A stretch of 63,647 nucleotides of DNA, the filler included, from Octopus bimaculoides (lineage: Eukaryota), in NCBI RefSeq assembly GCF_001194135.2. It is 6 parts of 6 records of this genome, joined end to end, with 100 filler letters (N's around TTAATTAATTAA, not from the genome) between each part and the next. Parts side by side here need not be neighbours in the genome. Positions count along the whole stretch, not along the records: positions 19,650 to 25,932 come from NC_068993.1; positions 26,033 to 36,937 come from NC_068982.1; 4 more parts are not named here. The stretch is one strand, 5' to 3'. The notes beneath the pieces were generated by a model that saw only the letters and a list, made by a program, of their open reading frames with translations, had not been told where the DNA came from and did not search any database. Below, piece after piece: positions 21,260 through 31,429 of the stretch (its first letter is position 1; every line of letters starts with the position of its first letter). The position numbers and the translations under genes are program-made.

Positions 21260-21545
21260 AGGCGCAGGAGTGGCTGTGTGGTAAGTAGCTTGCTTACCAA
21301 CCACATGGTCCCGGGTTCAGTCCCACTGCGTGGCATCTTGGGCAAGTGTTTTCTACTATAGCCTACTACATATATGTATGTGCGTGTGTTTGTGTGTCTG
21401 TTTGTCCCCCCAGCATCGCTTGACAACCGATGCTGGTGTGTTTACGTCCCCGTAACTTAGCGGTTCGGCAAAAAGAGACCGATAGAATAAGTACTAGGCT
21501 TACAAAGAATAAGCTCTGGGGGTCGATTTCCTCGACTATAAAGGC
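21260..21545 (+). mobile_element. tRNA-derived CORE-like SINE family B (other copies approx. 1895-2245+, 23620-23790-, 24670-24805-, 26697-27125+, 27150-27515+, 31515-31850-, 45250-45650-, 50215-50580-, 54115-54280+, 58648-58815-, 59490-59700+)
   Basis: GGCGCAGGAGTGGCTGTGTGGTAAG head, GGGTTCAGTCCC B box, and CORE-like CTTGGGCAAGTG segment. Confidence 0.85.
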
Positions 21546-21784
21546 GTTTGTGCACATACATATATACATACATATATACATACATTTTCTGGTAACTGTT
21601 CTTTTTTTTTTCCTTTTTGAAAAGGCTACTTATTGAGAAGAGTATGGGCTGTAATTTTTGTATTTCTGCTATTCACAAAGAAAGTCCTTATTACTTCGTA
21701 TTTGCGATGTAGTTCCCACAACAAACAGCATTCATTTTAATATTCAAAAAATAAGTATAAACTGCAAATAAAAATAATACATAC

Positions 21785-22003
21785 AAGGCGCAATATGGGG
21801 AGCGGATAGGGTGCAGTTTCCTAAAATTGCTCTCCAATGACATCTCATTATCTCATTGTTCTTCACATCACCATTTTTGAATACATCAGTGCTCAGTTTT
21901 TCATCTTGCGACTCGATATCCAACACAGAATTTTCGACCTCTCCACTAACTTGGTGCTCTTCTGTAATTTCATTCAAGATAGTTGCAGCAGCAACTATCT
22001 CAT
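21785..22003 (-). CDS. Exon 2 of the secreted protein (219 nt, phase 1/1): acidic linker plus Cys-containing start of domain
   Basis: Acceptor tatatttacag, donor gtatgt. Reads (D)EIVAAATILNEITEEHQVSGEVENSVLDIESQDEKLSTDVFKNGDVKNNEIMRCHWRAILGNCTLSAPHIAP, in phase with exon 1. Confidence 0.8.
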
Positions 22004-22839
22004 CTGTAAATATAGTGTGAAATAAAGTACTGAGTTAAATTTTATGGTTATTCCGGTATCAAAATTAAATATCTATTTAAAAATAGAACTGGTATCATTT
22101 TCAATCACTTTACCTCAGTAAACTTCACATATCTCAATCAAACATTGTTTTAAATATGACATTCCCAACAAAGTTAGCTTGTTATATAAAACTGCTTTTC
22201 ACAGTTAAGGGTGACGAAATTTTGAGTATATTTATCTGATTTCAGCAGTAAAAGGGCTTGATATGTAGGTAAACAGTGCAGTAAATATTTAGGTAAACGT
22301 CTAGGAAGATATATAGATAAAGTCAGTTTGTCAATTTGCATTAGTTAGTTACATATTACTAGGAAGGTAATTAGCTAAGAAGATACTTGTCTATCTTCCA
22401 ATGAATAGAAATGTTAACGTATGAATATGCTGATAATGATACTAATAGAATTGTATACTTACATACTGACACATATACATGCATACTAACATACTTAGAG
22501 ACAGACAGACATATATGCAGATATACTTAAATACATATATTTATACATACACACATATATACAAAAGTGTGGCATGTACATACAAATGCACATTTTGTAC
22601 GTGCATACTTCCATACTTATACACGCATGCTAGTATGCATACTTAAAGACAGACAGATATATTCAGACATACATACGTACATAGATTCATACATACACAC
22701 GTACGTATAAAAATGTAGCATATAGGTACAAATGCACATTTTTGTACGTACAACAGTGTATATAAATATATGTTACATTAAATTATACATCCCGTTTTCC
22801 GTTTTTTAACCTTGCACGTTTTGTATATGCCACCTTCTT

Positions 22840-23315
22840 AGCTTTATCGCGTTTCTTCTCTTATTTCCAGGATGGAAATGTCTCGCATACGAGACATTTC
22901 CATCCTGGTGCGCAACGAGAAGCGGCCCTTGGAGACCCGGGCAACGGCCGAATCGGTATGGATTCCAAACTGGTTGGTATCATGTAGACAATACGGCCCG
23001 ACGGAGCTCATCCCTCTCCGGGCATGAATACCGCCGACTTCCTGCAAGTAAGTGGCTCACCCCGGTCAAGAACACGTGGCTGTTAAGTTTTGCATGTAAT
23101 TCCTCCGCTCTAGTTGGCGACCCACAAAAAGAAGGTCCTTTGCTCAGTCGTGCAGTGTTCACACCACCCCTCACGTTTTTTAGCCGGTATGCTGAGACTG
23201 TTGCCTCGGGTTTGGCTCGAGGAGCCAGACGTGAGAGATTTAGGAGATGGTCGAGAACCAATGTGCCCTCCACCCTCCTCTAGTTCTAGACTACAAAGAT
23301 ACTATCTCTGACCAG
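22840..23315 (+). mobile_element. GC-rich retroelement remnant, possibly L1/Tx1-like 3' end
   Basis: Sharp GC increase and an open frame of ~100 codons ending ..LTFFSRY..RRERFRRWSRT. Family assignment is weak. Confidence 0.3.
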
Positions 23316-23399
23316 AGACCCCTACACCCCTAATATATGTACATAATACAAAACGTACAGATCTACACATGCTTTAACTCCAAATACTTGCACACAACC

Positions 23400-23570
23400 A
23401 TGCATCACTACTCTCAGAATGTTGAAATTCTAATGACGGACATTAAATCTAGGCGAGACATTTGCTCTTTCTCTATTGACAAGAAATCTAAAAATAAACA
23501 TGATTTTCTCACTTCTGCTAGTTTGAGGTCTGCCAGAGCGTTCATCAATATCGACATTGGCCATCTTGGA
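23400..23570 (-). mobile_element. Mariner transposase N-terminal remnant
   Basis: NVDIDERSGRPQTSRSE resembles the DDERSGRP motif. Confidence 0.45.
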
Positions 23571-23971
23571 AACATATAAAACGACTCACACACATAGATA
23601 TATACGACAAGAATACAAAAATATATACAAGCTTCTTTTAGTTTCCGTCTATAAAATCAACTCATCAGGCCATGTTCGGCTCCAGGATATAGTAGAAAAC
23701 ACACGCCCATGTTGCCACACAGTGGGACTGAACCCGGAACTATGTGGTTGGGAAGCAAGCATCTTACAACAAATCCACGCCTGCGCGTATATGTATGTAT
23801 GTGTGTGTGTTTGTGTCTGTGTGTATGTGTCTGTGTGTATACACACGCATATGAATACATTTGTGTGTGCGTGTGCGCGTGCGCGTCTGCGTGAGTGTAG
23901 GTGCGTGTGTGCGTGTGTGTGTATATATAGTGTATAAAATCTATATTGTATTGAATTGAAACCGTGCTTAC

Positions 23972-24053
23972 CTTCGTTTATCTTTGGCTCCGTTTTCACC
24001 ACAGCACATGTCCCTAGACCAAACACCAGGACCAAGAAGAAGACTACATTCAT
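23972..24053 (-). CDS. First coding exon (signal peptide) of a small secreted protein
   Basis: ATG at 24053 gives MNVVFFLVLVFGLGTCAVVKTEPKINE+G, then a gtaagc donor. Hydrophobic core typical of a signal peptide. An in-frame upstream ATG exists at 24101. Confidence 0.8.
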
Positions 24054-25189
24054 TTTTATAATCGTGGCTTCAATTTCTTTTCTCTGCCCAAAATTCGACA
24101 TCTTTCGCTAACGTGAAAGAAGCTGCGGCAGAAAACAGATGGATATGGAACATCTGGACGGAATTGTCTGCATTTACGAGATTGACCAAGACCAGGATAT
24201 AAGTTGCTTCATAGATAAGGCAATTAAAGGAAAGCAGCATAGACAGGAGCGACCTTTAGAAATTATTTAATATATTCAAGTTTAGGATAGGTTTCCAATG
24301 TGTAGTTATAATATTTCCTGAAGAAATAAACGCTAAATTCCGTGGAAAATGAATATTCACTTGTAAAATCAGTCATAAATATATAGGAATGTATTTATTA
24401 AAAGAAGATTGTAATTTAGTGCTATTTTATTTAATGCAAACCTTGTGGTTAATGCTACTCAGCTAGTCTAGCAACATTCGGCTCCAACGTTCTCAATGAT
24501 AATTGAAGAACATCTCTTTCTACAATGTCGAGTTGGTTACAGGCTTTTCACAGTAAGTTAGTTACACGGTTGAAACTAGATTCAACTAGGTAAGACGAAG
24601 GAAACATACAGCAGTAACGTACAACTGCGCATTTCCCCACCACATTGATGATTAAATTCCACTTAAATATAATCCAATCACAAGGCTTTGGTCGGCCCGA
24701 GGCTATAGCAGAAGACACTTGCCTAAGGTGCCACGCAGTGGGGCTGAACCCGGACCCATGTAGTTGGTAAGAAAGCTACTTACCACACAGCCACTCCTGT
24801 GCCTATGTTATTGTTTTATCCAATTCTATTAGTAAATAAACAATGTCTGAATTTTGCATTATATTTGTTGAGATATTTCTCTTACAACACAGAACAGAAA
24901 ATAAATTATAGAATGAAATGAAAATTAAATGGAGAATAACCCGAGAGAATATAAATTAATGAAATATTTATTACAGACAAATTGGTTTCCAAAAAGTCAC
25001 AGGTGTCATTAACTAAATTTACCTCGTTTTTTTTTTGTTTGTTTATTTTTTAGCAATATTTATTGTTCGATATCTAGATAATGATTTTACTATTATTTCC
25101 TATTAAGCTTTTCATATTTTTATTTCAAAGCGTATACAAACGAACGTAACTACTATCTTTCAATTCATTCTCTGCTTCTCGGGTGATTC

Positions 25190-25515
25190 TCACGGCCAAT
25201 TTTGCGATTTTTCGTTTACGTCTACTTCGCCAAGGGACTCAACTCTGTTAGGCTTGTCAATTTCAAAATCTTGTGTACCAAAAGAAGTTTCATCACTTGG
25301 ATTCCAATCTTCTATACTTTTCAGCGGGCTAATTTCATTGGCCAGAAAATGTTTGTTGATACAACCGAGATTATTTGAGAAACGAAAGAATATTACTCCG
25401 TATTTTATACGGAAGCATGCTTTGAAATTTTCGGTGCTTACATTCTCCACTGCCAATGTAAATGAGATTTCAGCAATTCCAACATTAAAACTGAAAGTTC
25501 TGGTAAATGGTCCTC
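25190..25515 (-). CDS. Terminal coding exon (phase 1) of a secreted DUF4773-like protein gene, probably an upstream tandem paralogue
   Basis: Acceptor tttttatatttacag. Open frame GPFTRTFSFNVGIAEISFTLAVENVSTENFKACFRIKYGVIFFRFSNNLGCINKHFL...NWP-stop, with AATAAA at 25119-25124 downstream. The C..LGC spacing resembles the DUF4773 C-terminus. Confidence 0.7.
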
Positions 25516-25595
25516 CTGTAAATATAAAAAGCGCAATAACAGAGAAACTGCTATATATATATATTATTATTTTTTTTTTTTTGAATTAACACTAT

Positions 25596-25932
25596 ATGAA
25601 ACCTCACGCCAGAAATCTGGACACCTTTTCCACATCTTTCTTAATGGATAACTGGAAAAGATATTTGGATGATTGTTTCATCATATGGAATGAACCCTAT
25701 GAAAAACTTCTAGAATTCAAATCCATACTTAATAACATACATCCCAACATTCAATTCACTATGGAATTCAGCAAACATCATCTCCCTTTTCTTGATCTCT
25801 TAATTATAAAAATACCTAATAACCAAATCACAACCGACATCTACCACAAACCTACAGACTCACAACAATACCTCCTTTTTAGCTCAAGCCACCCAAAACA
25901 CACCAAGATAAATATCCCCTATAATTTAGCTA
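25596..25932 (+). mobile_element. Penelope-like element reverse transcriptase fragment
   Basis: WKRYLDDCFIIW (YxDD), HPNIQFTME..LPFLDL and TTDIYHKPTDSQQYLLFSSSHPKHTKINIPY are characteristic PLE RT motifs. The frame is open up to the gap. Confidence 0.9.
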
Positions 25933-25976
25933 NNNNNNNNNNNNNNNNNNNNNNNNNNNNNNNNNNNNNNNNNNNN

Positions 25977-25988
25977 TTAATTAATTAA
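25977..25988. other. Artificial contig linker TTAATTAATTAA (also 10606-10617, 19594-19605, 36982-36993, 53304-53315)
   Basis: Identical six-frame-stop 12-mer centred in ~100 nt N runs. Confidence 0.95.
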
Positions 25989-26032
25989 NNNNNNNNNNNN
26001 NNNNNNNNNNNNNNNNNNNNNNNNNNNNNNNN

Positions 26033-26340
26033 TCTTAATTGCTTTATCTACCCTGGTACTATCAACTCGGATAGCTGGTCCCTCTATTGGGTCGACATAC
26101 GGCAGGCTCTCTTTCTCCCATTCATTCTCTTTATTAAGCAATCTATCGTAGTGGCATCTCCAGACCTCTTTCTTTGCATCCTCATTTAGTGCAAGCGTAC
26201 CATCATCCATGCGAACACATTTCTCTCCTACATCACTATTCTCTCTCCTACACTGTCTTGCAACACGAAATACCTCGAGTCTTTGGTCCTCACGGCGCAG
26301 AACATTGGCAAATCTTTTCTTATCTGCTTCCCCTCTGGCT
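26033..26340 (-). mobile_element. RTE-like LINE fragment
   Basis: KKEVWRCHYDRLLNKENEWEKESLPYVDPIEGPAIRVDSTRVDKAIK, the region preceding the RT domain. Confidence 0.8.
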
Positions 26341-26403
26341 AAGACAAATATCCGTTAATTGTAAATAATATAAATAAATTCCTCATCTCTTAAATATAGA
26401 ACT
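26340..26403 (+). mobile_element. 5'-truncated tail of the tRNA-headed hammerhead family
   Basis: GACAAATATCCGT..GTAAATAAT..AATTCCTCATCTCTTAAATATAGAACT matches 31359-31428. Confidence 0.7.
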
Positions 26404-26555
26404 TTTTTTTTTAAGCCTGATATGTATTCTTTCTGTTTACATCCAGGATGTGCTGCCTAGGTAGGCAAGGTAGACAGTGCCAGCACTAGACAAGTGTGGT
26501 CGGTGCCTGTCACTGCCTGATTGGTCCTCGTGCTGGTGGCACGTAAAAAGCACCC

Positions 26556-26694
26556 ATGAAATTGCCAGAAAGATGGCAAAAGGTCATCGAACAAAATGGA
26601 AAATATATAATTGATTAAAATTGATTCTTTGTATGAAAAAAATTGCTTTTATTTCACACTAAAAAATTGAAATTACTTTCTTGCCAACCCAATA
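26556..26694 (+). mobile_element. Mariner 3' end with TIR
   Basis: MKLPERWQKVIEQNGKYIID-stop, then TTGCCAACCCAATA followed by TA. Confidence 0.75.
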
Positions 26695-27524
26695 TAAGGT
26701 GCAGGCATGGTTGCGTGGTAAGAAACTTGCTTCCCAACCACATGGTTCCAGGTTCAGTCCCACTGCATGGCACCTTGGGCAAGTGTTTTCTTCTATAGCC
26801 ATGGGCCAACCAAAGCTTTGGGAGTGGATTTGGTAGACGGAAACTGAAAGAAGCTCATAGTGAGTGAGTGAGTGAATGAGTGGGTGGGCAGGCGGGCGGG
26901 CGAATGAGCGAGATAGTGAGTGTGTTTGTGTGCCTGTGTTTGTCCCCCCATCATCGAATAACAACGGATGTTGGTGCGCTTACGTCCCTGTAACTTAGCG
27001 GTTCAGCAAAAGAGACCAATAGAATAAGTACTAAGCTTACAAAGAATAAGTTCAGGGGTCGATTTGCTCGACTAACAGGCAGTGCTCCAGCATGGCCGCA
27101 GTCAAATGACTGAAACAAGTAAAAGAACAAAAAAAAGAATATGAATATAGGTGCAAGCATAAGTGTGTGGTAAGAAGCTTGCTTCCCAACCACATGGTTC
27201 CAGGTTCAGTCCCACTGCATGGCACCTTGGGCAAGTGTCTTCTTCTATAGCCTCAGACCGACTAAAGCCTTGTGAATGGATTTGGTAGACAGAAACTGAA
27301 GAAAGCCCTACGTGAGTGTGTGTGTGCCCACCACTGCTTGATAGCCGGTGTTGGTGTGTTTACCTCCCTATAACTTAGCAGTTCATCAAAAGAATCCAAA
27401 AGAAGAAAGACCAGGTTAAAAAGAAAAAAAAGAAAGCCTTGAGGTCAATTCTTTCAACTAAAATTCTTCAAGCATGGCTGCACTCCAATGATTGAAACAA
27501 GGCAAAGATAAAAGATACACATAC

Positions 27525-27626
27525 AGTTGCAGATAAAACCATTCTTATCAAGCAGGAAGATCTGCTTAGTCTCTAAGGTGCCATTAATAAAGATCATATA
27601 AACACAGCAACCAAAATGGGGTTTCT
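27525..27626 (-). CDS. Weak candidate further MAIP1-like exon (102 nt, phase 1/1)
   Basis: cttcag acceptor and gtatgt donor. Reads (K)KPHFGCCVYMIFINGTLETKQIFLLDKNGFICN; the ICN(Y) end recalls the FICNY motif of invertebrate homologues. The acceptor is weak and the N-terminal half fits poorly. Confidence 0.3.
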
Positions 27627-28149
27627 CTGAAGGATCTCTGGAGCAATGTTAGTCGGCAAGGCATCATCATCATCATCATCTTCGCTGTTTAACGTCCACT
27701 TTCCATGCTGGCATGGGTTGAATGGTTTGACTGGGGACTGGCAAGCTAGGGTCTAGTCTAATCTGGCAAGGTTTCTATGGCTGGATGCTCTTCCTAATGC
27801 CAACCACTCCAAGAGCGTAGTGGGTGCTTTTTACAGGCCACCGGCACATGGGAGCCAGTCAGGCAGTACTGGCATCGACCATGCTTGAATGGAACTTTTT
27901 GTGTGCCACTGGCATCGACCACACTCAAATGGTGTTTTACATGCCACCGGCACAGGGGCCAGTCAGGCAGTACAGGCATCGACCATGCTTAAATGGTGCT
28001 TTTTATGTGCCACTGGTATGGGTGACAGTCAAACGGCACTAGCATCGGCCATGCTCAAATGGTGCTTTTTACATGGCACCAGCACAGGTGCCAGTTAGGC
28101 GGCACTGGCATCAGCCACAACTACAAGTGCCGCCTGTAACTCAGAAATG

Positions 28150-28490
28150 TAATTCAGAAATGAATGCATCTCTCCATGTCAAGCAGCTACTCTTCCATAT
28201 TGAGAGGTCACAACTCTGGTACTTATGAACACGTGATGAGAATGTCATGGGAAAGAACTGCAAGACAAATTCTTCAAGCTAAGCCAATCAGTAGAATACC
28301 TAGGGTTAGACAAAGAATGAGATGATTGGATAATATCCATAGTCTCAATTGGTCACACTTGGAAATCTAGCCAGAGAGTCTAATGAAGGTTGCTTCTGAC
28401 AGGACCCTATGGAAGAGGTGCCTGAAGACTCTACCCTCACAATCCTCCAAGAACAGTTGGGGCAGAAGGTAAATGGATGGATGGGAATAC
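28150..28490 (+). mobile_element. RTE-like LINE 3' end
   Basis: HVMRMSWERTARQILQAKPISRIPRVRQRMR*LDNI...VASDRTLWKRCLK. Confidence 0.65.
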
Positions 28491-28554
28491 AGTTGCTCTC
28501 CTTTTCATGCAAGCAACACTCACAACCACGAGGAGAGAATAATAAACAACTTAC

Positions 28555-28684
28555 TTTCATTGTCATCAAACATCATTCCGATTTCATAAATAAAACGCAG
28601 GAATATGTCTTCGGGTTTAATAGCTAGTGACGTTCTTTGACTGAAGCTTAGGTCGGCATAGTTATTCTGGATTTCTTGGAGAGC
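28555..28684 (-). CDS. MAIP1: Next coding exon (130 nt, phase 0/1) of the MAIP1-like gene
   Basis: Strong polypyrimidine acceptor ccatttttcag, donor gtaagt. Translates ALQEIQNNYADLSFSQRTSLAIKPEDIFLRFIYEIGMMFDDNE, in phase with the 33389-33460 exon and matching the following MAIP1 segment. Confidence 0.8.
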
Positions 28685-29784
28685 CTGAAAAATGGCAAGG
28701 AAAAGAAAGATACAAGCATATGAGACACTAATTTAGTTTTGAGGGAAATTCAGATAATCTTAGATTAAGTAGTAGTAGAACTAGTACCAGCAGCCACTGC
28801 TGCTGTTTTCATTATTATCGTCGTCGTTTAACGTCCGCTTTCCATGCTAGCATGGGTTGGACGATTTGACTGAGGACTGGTGAAACCAGATGGCTACACC
28901 AGGCTCCAATCTGATTTGGCAGTGTTTCCACAGCTGGATGCCCTTCCTAACGCCAACCACTCAGAGAGTGTAGTGGGTGCTTTTACGTGTCACCCGCACG
29001 AAGGCCAGTCAGGCGGTACTGGCAACAGCCACGCTCATCTCGCTCGAGAAACCTCATGTGTCACCCGCACAAGAGCCAGTCCAGGGGCACCAGCAACGAT
29101 CTCNNNNNNNNNNNNNNNNNNNNNNNNNNNNNNNNNNNNNNNNNNNNNNNNNNNNNNNNNNNNNNNNNNNNNNNNNNNNNNNNNNNNNNNNNNNNNNNNN
29201 NNNNNNNNNNNNNNNNNNNNNNNNNNNNNNNNNNNNNNNNNNNNNNNNNNNNNNNNNNNNNNNNNNNNNNNNNNNNNNNNNNNNNNNNNNNNNNNNNNNN
29301 NNNNNNNNNNNNNNNNNNNNNNNNNNNNNNNNNNNNNNNNNNNNNNNNNNNNNNNNNNNNNNNNNNNNNNNNNNNNNNNNNNNNNNNNNNNNNNNNNNNN
29401 NNNNNNNNNNNNNNNNNNNNNNNNNNNNNNNNNNNNNNNNNNNNNNNNNNNNNNNNNNNNNNNNNNNNNNNNNNNNNNNNNNNNNNNNNNNNNNNNNNNN
29501 NNNNNNNNNNNNNNNNNNNNNNNNNNNNNNNNNNNNNNNNNNNNNNNNNNNNNNNNNNNNNNNNNNNNNNNNNNNNNNNNNNNNNNNNNNNNNNNNNNNN
29601 NNNNNNNNNNNNNNNNNNNNNNNNNNNNNNNNNNNNNNNNNNNNNNNNNNNNNNNNNNNNNNNNNNNNNNNNNNNNNNNNNNNNNNNNNNNNNNNNNNNN
29701 NNNNNNNNNNNNNNNNNNNNNNNNNNNNNNNNNNNNNNNNNNNNNNNNNNNNNNNNNNNNNNNNNNNNNNNNNNNNNNNNNNNN

Positions 29785-29815
<31 letters not shown>

Positions 29816-30950
29816 AATGTATTTGTTGTTTCAGAAGGCTACCAATGGTTTCATGCATGAAAATCTCAACAATTGTCAAGCCTGTCACATGAGAACGTTG
29901 GTATTCACCTCCATCTTGAATGCGTGTATGTGCATACATGTGTGTGTGTGTGTGTGCATGCAATAGAAAAAAAAAGAAACCCGTAAAAAATTATGTTAGC
30001 GTGTGTGTGGGTGTGTGTACATATACAATAAAGGCCAATACCAATCTATGTGAGAAAGATGGTGATGTATGTATATGAATATGTACATAAACTTATTTTG
30101 GATTTTGGTAGATGGTCAGAAATTTTGAGAGAAGTGGGTAAGGTGATAGCATAACACATCAGTACTTAACTAGTACTTTATTTGATCAGCTCTGGAGGGA
30201 GAGGCTAAGTACGTATGCGTGTATATATATATATATATATATATAATAATGATAATATAAATATATGCATATATACATACATATATGTATCTACTTACAT
30301 ATATATGTACATATACATGCGTATAAGGGACAGGACATCAAAAAAATGTGAACAAAATGAGAAACGAGAACGTAATAAACAAAAACATAGAAAACGAACT
30401 TTTTCCGAACAACGAAAAAAAGAAACAAACAGGGAAACGAGACAGGCAACATAAAGAACATTCCCTTCATCAGTTGTCCCCTGTTTTGCCAGCATGGAAG
30501 ACAGTCGTTAAACGACGATGATGATGATGATGAGACAGACAGACAGACACCTAGCTAGACAGTCAGACAGACAGACAGCTAGCTAGACAGACAGACAGAC
30601 ACCTAGCTAGACAGTCAGACAGACACCTAGCTAGACAGACAGAGATATCTTGTCCATAGACAAACAAACACAAAAGAACACAATACCCCTGCCTTAGCGA
30701 AGGTGGAGGTAATAATGACTCCCATGTACAGAAATGCATTACCCTTTTGACTATTTTGTCTTGCAAGATAACACTCTCAGTTTCAAAATAAAACCAAGAT
30801 TATAGTATAGCTTATGACCAGATTAAAATGGCTCATCCATGAATTAGCAAACGTTGGATGACAACTCAAATAGATGAAGATGGAGAAAACCCTGGGGAAG
30901 GATTGGGAGATTGTTTGGTTAGACTGTCTCGGTAGAAAATACACTGGAAA

Positions 30951-31170
30951 AATTGTACATTATTTACATTTGACGGATATTTGTCCTCATCTTGTTTGTT
31001 GATAAAACAACATTTCGGTTGATATACTCTCCAGCCTTCATCAGGGGTCTTAGGAAAATTTCAAACCTGGGTTTTCATTCCTGAGGTATTATTAATATTC
31101 AGGTCACTGCCTGCAATCAAACTTGAAATCTTGGGGTTAGTAGCCCGTGCTCTTAACTACGCCATATGCC
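30951..31170 (-). mobile_element. Second, head-to-head and more decayed copy of the tRNA-headed hammerhead element
   Basis: Reverse complement of 31172-31400 with substitutions. Its hammerhead (31004-31049) has GAAAT, a broken stem I and a stem II mismatch. Confidence 0.75.
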
Positions 31171-31171
31171 C

Positions 31172-31429
31172 ATGGTTAAGAGCACGGGCTCCTAACCCCA
31201 AGATTCAGAGTTCAATTCCAGGCAGTGACCTGAATAATAATAATGATATCGAAAAATACACTAGGAATGAGAACCCAGGTTTGAAATTTCCCCAAGACAC
31301 CTGATGAAGGCTGGAGGGTATATCAGCCGAAACGTTGTGTTAACAACAAACAAGACGAGGACAAATATCCGTCAAATGTAAATAATGTAAATAACGTAAA
31401 TAATTCCTCATCTCTTAAATATAGAACTG
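31172..31429 (+). mobile_element. tRNA-headed SINE-like element with internal hammerhead ribozyme
   Basis: A-box-like TGGTTAAG, anticodon-like arm, B-box-like GAGTTCAATTCC (31208-31219), hammerhead at 31296-31341, and a tail with AAATGTAAATA repeats ending CCTCATCTCTTAAATATAGAACTG. Confidence 0.75.
31296..31341 (+). ncRNA. Minimal type I hammerhead ribozyme motif
   Basis: GACAC-CTGATGA-A-GGCTG(gagggtatat)CAGCC-GAAAC-GT-T-GTGTT: 5-bp stem I, 5-bp stem II, loopless palindromic ACGT stem III, GUU site. Confidence 0.75.

Noticed and set aside
21785-22003. Initial reading of this exon as MAIP1 (DEIV..MRCHW)
   Set aside because: It is in phase with a signal-peptide exon 2 kb upstream, and the true MAIP1-like segment is encoded at 28555-28684.
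30440-30490. CTGATGAAGGG on the minus strand in a short dispersed element as a hammerhead
   Set aside because: No properly placed GAAA, stem III or stem I could be built.
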